The notes beneath the pieces were generated by a model. The model was not told the DNA's origin, made no database searches, and saw only the letters and a list, made by a program, of their open reading frames with translations. A program made the position numbers and the translations under genes. Of a stretch of 64,000 nt of DNA, positions 1-9,955 are shown in pieces. This DNA is from Flavobacterium sp. (lineage in GTDB: Bacteria > Bacteroidota > Bacteroidia > Flavobacteriales > Flavobacteriaceae): contig JBIIXU010000009.1 of assembly GCA_044347145.1 (NCBI GenBank), positions 3,331 through 67,330 on the forward strand. Direction: 5' to 3'. Numbering within the stretch: position 1 is the first letter of the stretch; the number at the start of each line of letters is the position of its first letter.

Positions 1-1820
1 GCATAATTATTAAATGGAACTGCAAGAGGGTCTGATCCTATTGGATATACTTTCCAATGCATCGTTGCGCCACATACATTGCCTAATAAAGTTTTAATGG
101 TTTTAATCTCTCCACCTGTAATTCTCAAAGTATTTGAGTAATGATTATAATTCCCTAAATTTGATCCATGAAAAAATAAAGCACCAGGTGAAGGGTTTAT
201 TTGATTTTCAATGGCTGTAAATCCAGGTTGACCCCCTAATGCTGGTGTTGCGTTGCAATGTGTATTATATATAGTTGAGTTGATTCTTACTGCTGATGCA
301 AAATCATAAAACTCGTTACCCGGCACTTGATTGACCATTAATTGTAATGGCAACGATGTGCAGCCGTTTTGAGAAACCGTTACATTGTAAACCCCTGGAT
401 TTAATCCAGAAAAAATACCAGTATCATTTGTTTGAGATGATGTTCCTGCTATGGTATAAGTTATGCCTATTGCTGGTAAAGGTAAAGTAATTGTGATAGT
501 TCCTGTTGCAGCAATGCATGATGGTTGTGAGGAAACACTTGCTGTTGGTATAGCTGGAATGTTATTTACTACAACATTTGCTGTTTTAGTAACATTACAT
601 CCATCTTTAATGGCTATCACTGTATAAGTGCCACTATTGGCTATTGTAGCTACTGGAATAGTTGGATTTTGCAAATTACTACTAAAACCATTTGGACCAG
701 TCCAACTCCAGCTAGTGCCATCATCACAAGTTATTGAAATGGAAGAACCTGCGCAAACAGGAGAATTACTACTCACTATAGGGTCAAATGTACAATTTGA
801 ACAATCTGGTGAAGCGCCTTCTATTTCTATATAAAAAGGAGAAATGGCTCCGCCAGTGCCATCAACCAAAAAATAATAGGTTTGCCCAATACTTAATCCA
901 GAAAGATTTAATTGATTATTTCTACTTGAACCATTGAGATATTGTGGTGATGCATAGGTGTCATTTAATGTACTTGCAGGGCAACCACCTGTCAGTACAA
1001 CATTATCTGCTGGAGTGCATGGATTATTGTCTGCCCCACCACTAAAAGCTAATATTTGAATGTTAGAGGTTATGCCTGAAATAGTAATCTTGATATTAGT
1101 ATTGTTAGCTATAAACTTAAACCATGCCGAATTGTTTTGTGCAGCATTCCAACTACAACCAGTTGTATTGCCATTGAACATATCACCAGCTTGGGGTGTA
1201 AAACCATTATTAGAAGCTACAATTATTTCATTAATTCCCAAACAATAAGGCGTACTACAATTGTCATAACTAGTGGTGGTTGTATAATCGCTAACTAGTG
1301 CTGGCGGACCAAAAACTAAATCTACTTTATTAAATCTGCCGCCTGTAGCTGTTGATGTTTCAGTTATGGTTACCGTCCAATCACCATTGGGGTCTATGCC
1401 GTTAAATGCTTGAAAATCGTCTTGCGACCGATAATAACCTATTTCAAAAGGTACTGTCGTGCCTCCATGTTCAAACAGTCTTTTTAAATAAGTATTATAC
1501 CTAAACTTAGAATTAAATTGTGTTATGGTTGAATTTGGAAGCCCACCCGTAGCAATCAAATCAATCGTAGTTGTACCTTTGGTTAATCTAACACGATAGG
1601 TGTTATAATTTCTTGTAGTGGCATCACCCATGTGAAGATTAACTTGAAACAATTCAAAAATGCCATTTTGTAGGGTTGTTGGCAAACCACTGACCGTTAC
1701 GGTTTTTGTTAAGGATGCATTCCAAGACCCAACTGCAGTTATTTCGGTGTTTGAAAATGTTTGACCCATAAGACAGCTTACACTTAATGTTAAAATTAAT
1801 ATTAAGAAAATTTTTTTCAT
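1..1820 (-). CDS. Secreted multidomain surface protein, 3'-partial (runs off the window start); signal peptide plus proprotein-convertase P-domain-like module
   Basis: Absent from the ORF track because it has no stop in the window. Hand translation from the ATG at 1820-1818 gives MKKIFLILILTLSVSCLMGQ..., then ...FNGIDPNGDWTVTITETSTATGGRFNKVDLVFG (P-domain-like). The same frame is still open at positions 59-2 (HWKVYPIGSDPLAVPFNNY). I checked the frame continuously only for 1021-1820. Confidence 0.6.
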   Translation of the reverse strand, partial: MKKIFLILILTLSVSCLMGQTFSNTEITAVGSWNASLTKTVTVSGLPTTLQNGIFELFQVNLHMGDATTRNYNTYRVRLTKGTTTIDLIATGGLPNSTITQFNSKFRYNTYLKRLFEHGGTTVPFEIGYYRSQDDFQAFNGIDPNGDWTVTITETSTATGGRFNKVDLVFGPPALVSDYTTTTSYDNCSTPYCLGINEIIVASNNGFTPQAGDMFNGNTTGCSWNAAQNNSAWFKFIANNTNIKITISGITSNIQILAFSGGADNNPCTPADNVVLTGGCPASTLNDTYASPQYLNGSSRNNQLNLSGLSIGQTYYFLVDGTGGAISPFYIEIEGASPDCSNCTFDPIVSSNSPVCAGSSISITCDDGTSWSWTGPNGFSSNLQNPTIPVATIANSGTYTVIAIKDGCNVTKTANVVVNNIPAIPTASVSSQPSCIAATGTITITLPLPAIGITYTIAGTSSQTNDTGIFSGLNPGVYNVTVSQNGCTSLPLQLMVNQVPGNEFYDFASAVRINSTIYNTHCNATPALGGQPGFTAIENQINPSPGALFFHGSNLGNYNHYSNTLRITGGEIKTIKTLLGNVCGATMHWKVYPIGSDPLAVPFNNY

Positions 1821-1851
1821 AATTTATAGTTTACTATTTTTTTATTATTAA

Positions 1852-2361
1852 TTATTTCCAATAAAACCAACCTGTGCCATCATAAATTGCCACGGCTGCT
1901 TTGGTTGTATCATAACACATCAAACCAGGATATGGACTTTTGATATCGGTATGGGCATTGGTTACTTTTGGCAACATTAAACCCTTGTCTGCTGATTCTA
2001 ATACCAAAACGCCCGAAGCACTAGAAGATGTGCTGCCTATTATTACGCCGTCTCCTGTTTCAGCAGATGAATTAACTGGAAAGGTGGTTGTATTTACATT
2101 TGAATTGCCTTTAGTTAAATCTCTCCATGCACCATTTTCAACAATTCTGATTTTACCATTATTTAAGTCTAAAACAAAAGTGCCATTATTGTTGGCATTA
2201 GCAGTAGGAAGCGTGCTAACCATAGGCAATATGATACCTTTGTTTTGACCCGCAGGAAAATCTAAAATGGCTTGTTCATGTGGTGTTATCATGTCTATGC
2301 CCAATTGCGCAAAACCAGTAAATCCGAAAATTAGCAAAATTATAAGCGTTAGATTTTTCAT
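1852..2361 (-). CDS. Small secreted protein with two copies of a KG-x-x-LP-x-V...G-x-W module
   Basis: 169-aa ORF with signal peptide MKNLTLIILLIFGFTGFAQ. It has two internal modules, KGIILPMVS...NGAW and KGLMLPKVT...GTGW. The same module ends the neighbouring 1209-aa protein. Confidence 0.55.
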   Translation of the reverse strand: MKNLTLIILLIFGFTGFAQLGIDMITPHEQAILDFPAGQNKGIILPMVSTLPTANANNNGTFVLDLNNGKIRIVENGAWRDLTKGNSNVNTTTFPVNSSAETGDGVIIGSTSSSASGVLVLESADKGLMLPKVTNAHTDIKSPYPGLMCYDTTKAAVAIYDGTGWFYWK

Positions 2362-2397
2362 TTGATAGGATAGTATTATAAAATTAAAATTTTTTTA

Positions 2398-5300
2398 TTA
2401 TTCACAAACAGGTTCAATGCATTTCCAAGCCCCAGAGCTAAACAATTGCATGCAATTACTATCTGTATTATAGATTAATAATCCCTCTGCCCCTGCTGGT
2501 CTGTTTGCATTTGATACTCTAGGAATTACAAAACCTTTAGATTTGGTATCGAAGGCAATAAAACCACCTGTTCTATTCTTTGGAAAATCTGTAGACATGG
2601 TGGCTTGTGTGCCAAAACCTATTTTTGTTTCATCGCCAGTTGCTGAATTGGTGTGGTTTACTGGCAAAACACCTGATGCCCAAGTAAACGTTCCAAAAGA
2701 AGTGGTTGGATTTGATGTTACGTAGCTGTTATTTGGCACAGCAGGCGTGATAGAGCCTCTGTTTCTCCAAACTGTGCCATCAAGGTTAACAATTTGCCCA
2801 CAGGTTTGTGTTGCGCAACGGTCATTGTTTAAATTTAATGACACATTTACAGCGCTTGAACCAGCACCTCTGTTTAAAAACCAATGCTCACAAGTTGATA
2901 AATCTCTTACACCTGTTTCTTTTGTTGTTCCTACAGTTGCGTTGGCATCGTTGTAACAAGTTGTAAAATGATCAGTAGAACCACTTGGAGCGGAAATATA
3001 TATTGGTGCATATTTACCATTAGTTCCTACAGGGAAAGTAAAAGCTGTGTTGCCAACTTTGCGAATAACCCCTTTAACATAACTTGCATTGCTGCCACCA
3101 GAAACACTTGATCCCGCAGCCATGGTTAGCAAAGGTATATTACTTGTTGTTGCACTACACACCCCTGTAATAAGCTCACCATCTGTTAAGGTTAAAACAT
3201 TATTAACCGTTCGGTTATCTCTTAATGTTACACCAGTTGACGATGTATTATTTATTATCAAGTTTTTTAACGCTGTACCACTTGTTGGCCAAGCGGCCCA
3301 ACCAGCACCGGGGGCTATACCAGTGCCATTAATGGTTTCTTGTGCAGACACGCCATTATAAACCTCATTAATTGGTTGGCTATTTGCAGTGCTTACATAA
3401 AAACGATTTCTTACACTGCCTGTAGTAAAAGGATGCGCAATATTTAAAGTTTGCTCTACATTTCTATTGAAATAAAAACCTGTTGTTCCTGGTAATGCTC
3501 CAGCAAAAGTAACATTTTCGCTAATTGTTACACTTGGACCTCTAGATACTAAAAATCCTACACCAGAACTAGTAGCTAAAGAAAAAGTACCACCAACTAA
3601 ATTTATATTACCATCTACATTAAGAGTTGTGTTTTCTGTACCTGTAACAATTGCAAAATCAGCATTAGGGTGTACTTCAAAATTACCACTTACTGTAACG
3701 GTTGGTCCAGTACTAGCTGCCAGTCGAACCTGTCTTCCTCTTGTATGTTTTACAATAAAATTACCATTAACAGTAGTTAAATTACCTGCAAAACTAAGAA
3801 CAGCACCTGGGTCCACACTTAAATCTATCGTTAAATTACCATAAGATGAATTGTTAGGTAAACTAGTATTTGTTTTATTTATTTCAACCGTACTCGAATT
3901 TCCAAAAACCTCTGTACCCTGAAAAATTGATGAACCCCAAGCATTTGCGTTATCATGCTTATATAGCCCACCATTATCTATCTGAAAAGTACCAGTTGCA
4001 GGTATTGTAACTGCAAAAGTTGAAACTAAAGTTCCGCCATTTTCTATTTGAAGCGTAGAGTTAGTTGACCATGCTGCACTGGTAGTCATGGTATGACCAT
4101 TTTGAATTACAAATCGTGCAGGTGATGTAAAATTTGCAGGTGAAGCACCAAGACCATCAGGTGTTCTAGACCAATTGCCTTCAGTGTTGGGCGCTAATGA
4201 GCCTTTAGAGTAATAAGTAATATAGCCTTTGGGCATGATTTCACCAGACGTTTTCATTACTGCACCTGGTTCATAGCCCTCAAATGTAATTTGGTCTAGT
4301 TGGGTTGCGGTTAAATGAGCATTTGAAGAACCTACAATTATTCTTCCAGCTGAAGCTGTTCCTCCAGTTCCAGGAGTTCCGCTCCAGTTAGTTATCGTTA
4401 ATGTTTTTCCAGAAGTCCATGATACTATGTTACTTGCTGCAAATGTTAAGGTATGTGAATTACCGCCATCACCTAACCTAATGATTGAGTTCTCTAATAA
4501 TTGTAAAGTACCTACAGTGTCGGAATTACCTGTAGCCGCCCCAGTACTGTAAGTACCACCATTCATGATGATATTTGAAGTATCTGCAATTCTATTTGGA
4601 TTATTGGTTTCCATAGTGCCACTAGTAATTCTAGTAGCTCCTGTGTAAGTCATGGCTATTGCCAAAACAACCTTTCCAGAGCCAGTAGAATTATAGTTTA
4701 CTCCACTAGTACCAGCTATAGCTCCAGCAATAGATAAATTTCCCGAATTTTCTGCACCAACGGTTAAAGGACCATTAATTGTAAAACCTGTATTGGAAGC
4801 AAAATTAGTAGTTGAAGCATTATAAATAGCACCACCACCAGCATTAACATTAAATTGAATGCTTGTAGCAACAGCACTTGTTCCTGTAAAACGCAATGTA
4901 CCACTAGTACTCGCAGTACCTAAAGTTATTGGTCTAATTCCCATCCTAACAGGAAAATTATCTGTCAATAATGTCCCGTTTTCTACCAACCATGTGCCAG
5001 TCATCCAACTGTTATTAGTTGCCAGTTGCATGGTTCCTGGGCCTATTTTAGTAATATCATCAGAACCATTAATTGCACCGGTAAAGGCAACCGTTCCACC
5101 TGCATTCACTACCTCAATAGTTAAAGGTCTTCCTGAGGCTGAACGCAATATACTACCCGAGAACGTACTGGTACCTGAGGTGTTTAATCCTCCTAAAAAA
5201 CGTGTATTGGCATTACCAGGGTTGACATTAATATTTCTTGAAAAAGTAGTGCCACCAGCAGCTCTTGAAAGGAAAATTTTGGTTGTGTTTCCTAATTGGC

Positions 5301-5991
5301 CACCATTGCCAAGCCAAATAGCAGAACCAGAAGCAATGGCATCTCCTGTGGTTTCAATCCAAAGTTCACCATTATCAAGTTCTGTGTTGCCAGAATAGGT
5401 ATTTAAGTCATTGAAAATAACTTTACTATTTTGACGAATTCTGAATGCACCAGCTCCAGATATAATATTGTTAAATCTAGCTGTAAAACCATTATTACCA
5501 TAAATATCAATCGGACTACCTTGATTTCCAATTGTGTTGTTGAATGTCAAATTTCCACTGACTGGATTTATCTCCAACGGATCACCTGCATCACCATCAC
5601 CCAAAATATTAAAACTAATAATATGACTTCCTGATGATTGGTTTTCTATTTTTGGATCAGCTCCGCTACTATCAAAAAAACGAATGATGTTAGCTCCAGC
5701 ATTTCCGATAGTTCTATTCGACGTATTTGACGAGCCAAAAATAATTTGATGAATATTATATGTTCCGGGAACATTATTAGTCATCGTAAGTTGATGATTA
5801 TTGTTGAATCTTAATATACCAAATCCTGGTTCATCAAAGCATCCACCGCCACATGATCCTCCAAACCATCTTGCCCCTGATGCACCTTGCCGCCAATTGC
5901 CATCTGGCGCAGTATTCATCCAATCAAAAGTTGTTTGTGAAAAAACAACACACCCGAGCAGAAAAAAAAATATTAAAATTATTTTTTTCAT
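2398..5991 (-). CDS. Large secreted beta-helix / autotransporter-repeat-like adhesin
   Basis: Long ORF. The likely start is MKKIILIFFFLLGCVVFSQ (ATG at 5991), not the upstream track start at 6027. It is rich in Gly/Asn/Thr repeats such as NTYSGNTELDNGELW and MTYTGATRITSGTMETN, resembling PATR-type beta-strand repeats. The C-terminus is KGFVIPRVSN...SGAWKCIEP. Confidence 0.7.
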   Translation of the reverse strand: MKKIILIFFFLLGCVVFSQTTFDWMNTAPDGNWRQGASGARWFGGSCGGGCFDEPGFGILRFNNNHQLTMTNNVPGTYNIHQIIFGSSNTSNRTIGNAGANIIRFFDSSGADPKIENQSSGSHIISFNILGDGDAGDPLEINPVSGNLTFNNTIGNQGSPIDIYGNNGFTARFNNIISGAGAFRIRQNSKVIFNDLNTYSGNTELDNGELWIETTGDAIASGSAIWLGNGGQLGNTTKIFLSRAAGGTTFSRNINVNPGNANTRFLGGLNTSGTSTFSGSILRSASGRPLTIEVVNAGGTVAFTGAINGSDDITKIGPGTMQLATNNSWMTGTWLVENGTLLTDNFPVRMGIRPITLGTASTSGTLRFTGTSAVATSIQFNVNAGGGAIYNASTTNFASNTGFTINGPLTVGAENSGNLSIAGAIAGTSGVNYNSTGSGKVVLAIAMTYTGATRITSGTMETNNPNRIADTSNIIMNGGTYSTGAATGNSDTVGTLQLLENSIIRLGDGGNSHTLTFAASNIVSWTSGKTLTITNWSGTPGTGGTASAGRIIVGSSNAHLTATQLDQITFEGYEPGAVMKTSGEIMPKGYITYYSKGSLAPNTEGNWSRTPDGLGASPANFTSPARFVIQNGHTMTTSAAWSTNSTLQIENGGTLVSTFAVTIPATGTFQIDNGGLYKHDNANAWGSSIFQGTEVFGNSSTVEINKTNTSLPNNSSYGNLTIDLSVDPGAVLSFAGNLTTVNGNFIVKHTRGRQVRLAASTGPTVTVSGNFEVHPNADFAIVTGTENTTLNVDGNINLVGGTFSLATSSGVGFLVSRGPSVTISENVTFAGALPGTTGFYFNRNVEQTLNIAHPFTTGSVRNRFYVSTANSQPINEVYNGVSAQETINGTGIAPGAGWAAWPTSGTALKNLIINNTSSTGVTLRDNRTVNNVLTLTDGELITGVCSATTSNIPLLTMAAGSSVSGGSNASYVKGVIRKVGNTAFTFPVGTNGKYAPIYISAPSGSTDHFTTCYNDANATVGTTKETGVRDLSTCEHWFLNRGAGSSAVNVSLNLNNDRCATQTCGQIVNLDGTVWRNRGSITPAVPNNSYVTSNPTTSFGTFTWASGVLPVNHTNSATGDETKIGFGTQATMSTDFPKNRTGGFIAFDTKSKGFVIPRVSNANRPAGAEGLLIYNTDSNCMQLFSSGAWKCIEPVCE

Positions 5992-6379
5992 TTTATTTAA
6001 AGTTAGAAAAGTTTGAGCAAAGGCCAAAGATATGTAAAAAAAAAAAAGAAAAAGAAAAAAACAACAGCTATGAAATGAAAAAATGATATCAGAAATAAAA
6101 TGAAATAAACAATTTATTGAATAACAAATAGTTGCACAAATGCTAATACTATTTACGTTTGTCCATGTAAAGGTCTTTTTTGCCTAAATATTGTTGCTTT
6201 TGCCGCTACTTTGAAAGTGCTTACTTTACACATTGGTTGAATAAACTAAACAGTGCTGCAAGATAATTACAGTATATCATCCTGTGTTCGCGAGATTTTT
6301 AAAGCATGACAAAATAGAGGTTATAATAGATGAGGGAAGGTCCTGAGACGCTTACAACTTGTCAAACTTGTTGAATAAA

Positions 6380-7687
6380 TTAATTTTGGAAATAATCTAG
6401 GTAGTAGAAAGGCTGTTCCTTTAAAAATTTTGCATAAAATTCTTTTTTCAATTTAATCTTTTTTGAATATTCAAATTCAATAAAATATTCTACATGACTA
6501 TGGAATAAATCTCTTAATGCAGGTGACTTTAAGAAACCTTCATCAATTTTATGTTCAATTTGATTAAACGTTAGGTTTAATTGAAAACTATTTCCGATTT
6601 GCATATAAAATAGGTCTGATCTGAGTTTAAATGAAATCGTTTTGTTCCATAAATCAACTAATCTAAATTTTTGTAGTGAAAATTCGCTATTCGGTAACCA
6701 CTTATCTTGCTTTTTGGCAGCCATAAACAAAAACAAATGGTGAATAATGCTGCTTGGTTTATTAACTGAAAGTTTTTCCGAAAAATGTTTGTTTTCGTCA
6801 GAAATAAAGTTTAATTCCCAGTAGATGGTGTTTTCACTTTTGTTATAGGTTAGTAATAATTTTTCAGTTCTATTTATATAAACATTATCTTCTTTTTGAT
6901 CGTCGGATAATTGTAATATTGTTTTTTTATCTACGGCCTGCCACTGAAAAAATTGAATATAAAAACTGATGTGTTGAATAAAAAAGGCCAAAACACCTAT
7001 AAAAATGGCCAAAAAATAATAATAAAAGGGTCGCAATTCTTCTGTATATAGTTTTAAAAGCGGAAAAAATATTTGAGTGGTAATCATTAAACCGCAGATT
7101 AGTTTAAAAAACCAGGGAAAAGTCATTTGGCTTTGAAAAGTTTTATAAGAACTTATTAGCACTTTGGCAAATATAAAAACAGTTGCTATTGAAATGAGTG
7201 CATCAGAATAAATAATTATAGATTTTGAAAGAAAGGTATAATCAGACATAAATCTGTCTGTGATGCTATAAATGACAATAACTATCATGAAAAACATGGT
7301 AACAGAAACCTTGTAATTGTTTTTCGTTCTAAAATATTTTTTAATCAAGCTATTGTTGTCTGGTAGATGAGCCAAACTCAACAGTAAAAACAGATTGCTT
7401 AAGGCAGAAAGAAAGCGATCGTTGGTAATAAATTTAAGTGATAATTCATCAATATCAAATAATTTATAAAAGGCGACCATTAGCCAAGACGAAACAGCTA
7501 AAGTAATAAAATCAATAGATTTAACTAGATTAATGTTTGTGATATTATTATCTTTTTTAATTTGAAACCTTACCATTAATAGATTAACAACACCAAGTGT
7601 GGTTACTGCTAATAGTGTTAAAAGATAAAAAGTTTTATTGGTTACCATTATTGATATTAAACTGCAAAAATAGTAAATCTTAGTCAA
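6380..7687 (-). CDS. Polytopic membrane protein with a soluble C-terminal domain, function unknown
   Basis: 435-aa ORF. The N-terminal ~250 aa form multiple hydrophobic segments and the C-terminal ~180 aa are hydrophilic. I recognised no family motif. The start codon is uncertain. Confidence 0.5.
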   Translation of the reverse strand: MTKIYYFCSLISIMVTNKTFYLLTLLAVTTLGVVNLLMVRFQIKKDNNITNINLVKSIDFITLAVSSWLMVAFYKLFDIDELSLKFITNDRFLSALSNLFLLLSLAHLPDNNSLIKKYFRTKNNYKVSVTMFFMIVIVIYSITDRFMSDYTFLSKSIIIYSDALISIATVFIFAKVLISSYKTFQSQMTFPWFFKLICGLMITTQIFFPLLKLYTEELRPFYYYFLAIFIGVLAFFIQHISFYIQFFQWQAVDKKTILQLSDDQKEDNVYINRTEKLLLTYNKSENTIYWELNFISDENKHFSEKLSVNKPSSIIHHLFLFMAAKKQDKWLPNSEFSLQKFRLVDLWNKTISFKLRSDLFYMQIGNSFQLNLTFNQIEHKIDEGFLKSPALRDLFHSHVEYFIEFEYSKKIKLKKEFYAKFLKEQPFYYLDYFQN

Positions 7688-7847
7688 ATAAATTTTTTCA
7701 AAATGTATATAGCAATTTTTTTAAAATTTAGATCTTACCATTCAATAATTAAACCTCAAAAAAGACTTTTTAAAAAATCAATTGAAAACCCATAAAGTTC
7801 ATGAAAACCTCAACATTTTTTTATATTTTTGCGCTTGATTAATACCC

Positions 7848-8873
7848 ATGAAAATGATTGAACAAATCAAAGCAGAAATAATTGTTGTTGAAAATTTTAC
7901 AACCACTAACAAAGAGGAGTTAGAACAATTTCGCTTAAAATACTTAGGCAAAAAAGGGCTTTTAAATGACTTCTTTGCCGCCTTTAAAGCTGTGCCAAAT
8001 GAGGATAAAAAAGAATTTGGTCAAGTGGTGAATCTATTAAAAAACGCTACTGAAGAAAAGGTTAAATCGCTTCAAGAGTCATTTGACAACCAGGCATCTA
8101 TGATACAGATTTTTGGTGATTTAACGCGTCCAGGTGAACCTTTTGATGTGGGTTCACGTCATCCGATTTCAATTGTGAAAAATCAGGTCATTGATATCTT
8201 TTCTTCCATAGGTTTTAACGTATCTGAAGGTCCAGAAATTGAAGACGATTGGCATAATTTTACCGCTTTAAACTTACCTGAGCACCATCCAGCAAGAGAT
8301 ATGCAGGATACCTTTTTCATACAAACTAATCCAGATATTTTGCTTCGTACACACACCTCATCTGTACAAGTTCGGTATATGGAAAACAACAAACCGCCCA
8401 TTAGAACCATTTCGCCAGGTAGAGTTTTTAGAAATGAAGCGATTTCTTCTCGCTCACATTGTATTTTTCATCAGATTGAAGGTTTATATATTGATAAAAA
8501 TGTGTCTTTTGCCGATTTAAAGCAAACCTTGCTTTATTTTACGAAAGAAATGTTTGGCAAATCAAAAATTCGCCTAAGACCTTCCTATTTTCCTTTTACA
8601 GAGCCAAGCGCCGAAGTAGACATCTATTGGGGTTTAAAAACAGAAACAGATTATCGCATCACCAAAGGTACAGGCTGGTTAGAAATTATGGGGTGCGGCA
8701 TGGTTGATCCAAATGTCTTAACCAGTTGTGGCATAAACCCTAGCGAATATACTGGTTATGCCTTTGGTATGGGTCTTGAGCGCATGGCCATGTTGATGTA
8801 TCAAGTGAGTGACATTCGTTTATTTTTTGAAAATGATGTGCGGTTTTTAGAACAATTTAAAAGTACCATTTAA
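7848..8873 (+). CDS. pheS: Phenylalanine--tRNA ligase alpha subunit
   Basis: 341-aa ORF with class II aaRS PheS motifs (HPARDMQDTFF, FRNEAIS.RSH, GMGLERMAML). Confidence 0.95.
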   Translation: MKMIEQIKAEIIVVENFTTTNKEELEQFRLKYLGKKGLLNDFFAAFKAVPNEDKKEFGQVVNLLKNATEEKVKSLQESFDNQASMIQIFGDLTRPGEPFDVGSRHPISIVKNQVIDIFSSIGFNVSEGPEIEDDWHNFTALNLPEHHPARDMQDTFFIQTNPDILLRTHTSSVQVRYMENNKPPIRTISPGRVFRNEAISSRSHCIFHQIEGLYIDKNVSFADLKQTLLYFTKEMFGKSKIRLRPSYFPFTEPSAEVDIYWGLKTETDYRITKGTGWLEIMGCGMVDPNVLTSCGINPSEYTGYAFGMGLERMAMLMYQVSDIRLFFENDVRFLEQFKSTI

Positions 8874-9946
8874 TGACTGTTGATCATTTTTTGTCTAAAT
8901 CCTACGACTGCTCACTAGATGAAGGCAAAATTATTTGCGAAGCGCCAAGCAACATTGCTTTGGTTAAATATTGGGGGAAATTTGCCAATCAAATGCCAGC
9001 TAATCCTTCAATTAGTTTCACCTTAAACAATTGCAAATCAATCACCTCATTAGCTTTTGAAAAAAAATCAAATCTTACAGATTTTAGCTTTGATTTTTAT
9101 TTTGAAGGTGAGAAAAAACCTGCCTTTGAAGGAAAAATTCAAACCTTTTTTAACAGAATTTCACCCTATTTACCATTTTTAAAAAATTATCATTTTACGA
9201 TAAAAAGCGAAAATACTTTTCCACACAGCTCTGGCATTGCCTCTTCTGCTTCTGCCATGTCTGCCCTATCGGGCTGTTTGATGCAATTGGAAAGACAACT
9301 AACTAATTTAAGCGAAACTGACTTTTTAAATAAAACTTCATTTCTTTCCCGTTTAGGTTCAGGTAGCGCTTGTAGAAGTGTAGTAGGCCCTGCAATGATA
9401 TGGGGTCAACATGCTAATACACCGCATAGCTCTGATCTATATGCCGTCACTTTTGACCATTTACATGATAATTTTCAGAATTTTCAGGATACTATTTTGT
9501 TAGTTGATAAAGGTGAAAAGCAAGTGTCAAGCACCGTTGGACATGAACTGATGAATAATCATCCATTTGCGCAAAATAGATTTAAACAAGCGCATCAAAA
9601 TTTAGATGAAATGAAGTTAGCTTTGTCATCTGGCGACTTAGAAAAATTCATTCATTTTACTGAAAGTGAAGCGCTTACCTTGCATGGAATGATGATGACC
9701 TCATCGCCCTACTTCATGTTAATGAAGCCCAACACCTTGTCAATCATTAACGAGATTTGGCACTATAGACAAACAGAAAATGTGCCACTTAGCTTTACCT
9801 TAGATGCCGGTGCCAACGTGCATTTATTATATCCAGATAAAGATAAAAATAAGGTTTTTGAATTTATTATCAACCGATTAAGTTTGTATTGTCAAAATAA
9901 TCAGTATATTTGCGACCATATAGGTCAGGGTTTAACCATCAAATAA
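8873..9946 (+). CDS. mvaD: Diphosphomevalonate decarboxylase
   Basis: 357-aa ORF with APSNIALVKYWGK and a GHMP-type GIASSASA motif. Its start overlaps the pheS stop. Confidence 0.88.
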   Translation: MTVDHFLSKSYDCSLDEGKIICEAPSNIALVKYWGKFANQMPANPSISFTLNNCKSITSLAFEKKSNLTDFSFDFYFEGEKKPAFEGKIQTFFNRISPYLPFLKNYHFTIKSENTFPHSSGIASSASAMSALSGCLMQLERQLTNLSETDFLNKTSFLSRLGSGSACRSVVGPAMIWGQHANTPHSSDLYAVTFDHLHDNFQNFQDTILLVDKGEKQVSSTVGHELMNNHPFAQNRFKQAHQNLDEMKLALSSGDLEKFIHFTESEALTLHGMMMTSSPYFMLMKPNTLSIINEIWHYRQTENVPLSFTLDAGANVHLLYPDKDKNKVFEFIINRLSLYCQNNQYICDHIGQGLTIK

Positions 9947-9955
9947 ATTAAGCAT

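Noticed and set aside
1940-6086. Many + strand ORFs of 60-180 aa (for example 1940-2248, 3089-3361, 4859-5398 and 5853-6086) lie within the adhesin gene region.
   Set aside because: They lie antisense to, and are fully embedded in, long minus-strand ORFs with clear signal peptides and repeat structure. Their translations are low-complexity Pro/Leu/Val-rich mirror images typical of antisense frames.
6132-6379. A perfect TTG-N19-TAcgTTTG promoter consensus on the + strand (6132-6161) points into a ~220-nt ORF-free region, suggesting a possible sRNA.
   Set aside because: There is no convincing terminator or conserved structure downstream, and the flanking genes are on the opposite strand. At this base composition I estimate one or two chance matches to the motif per 64 kb on both strands, so it is not reportable without RNA-seq.
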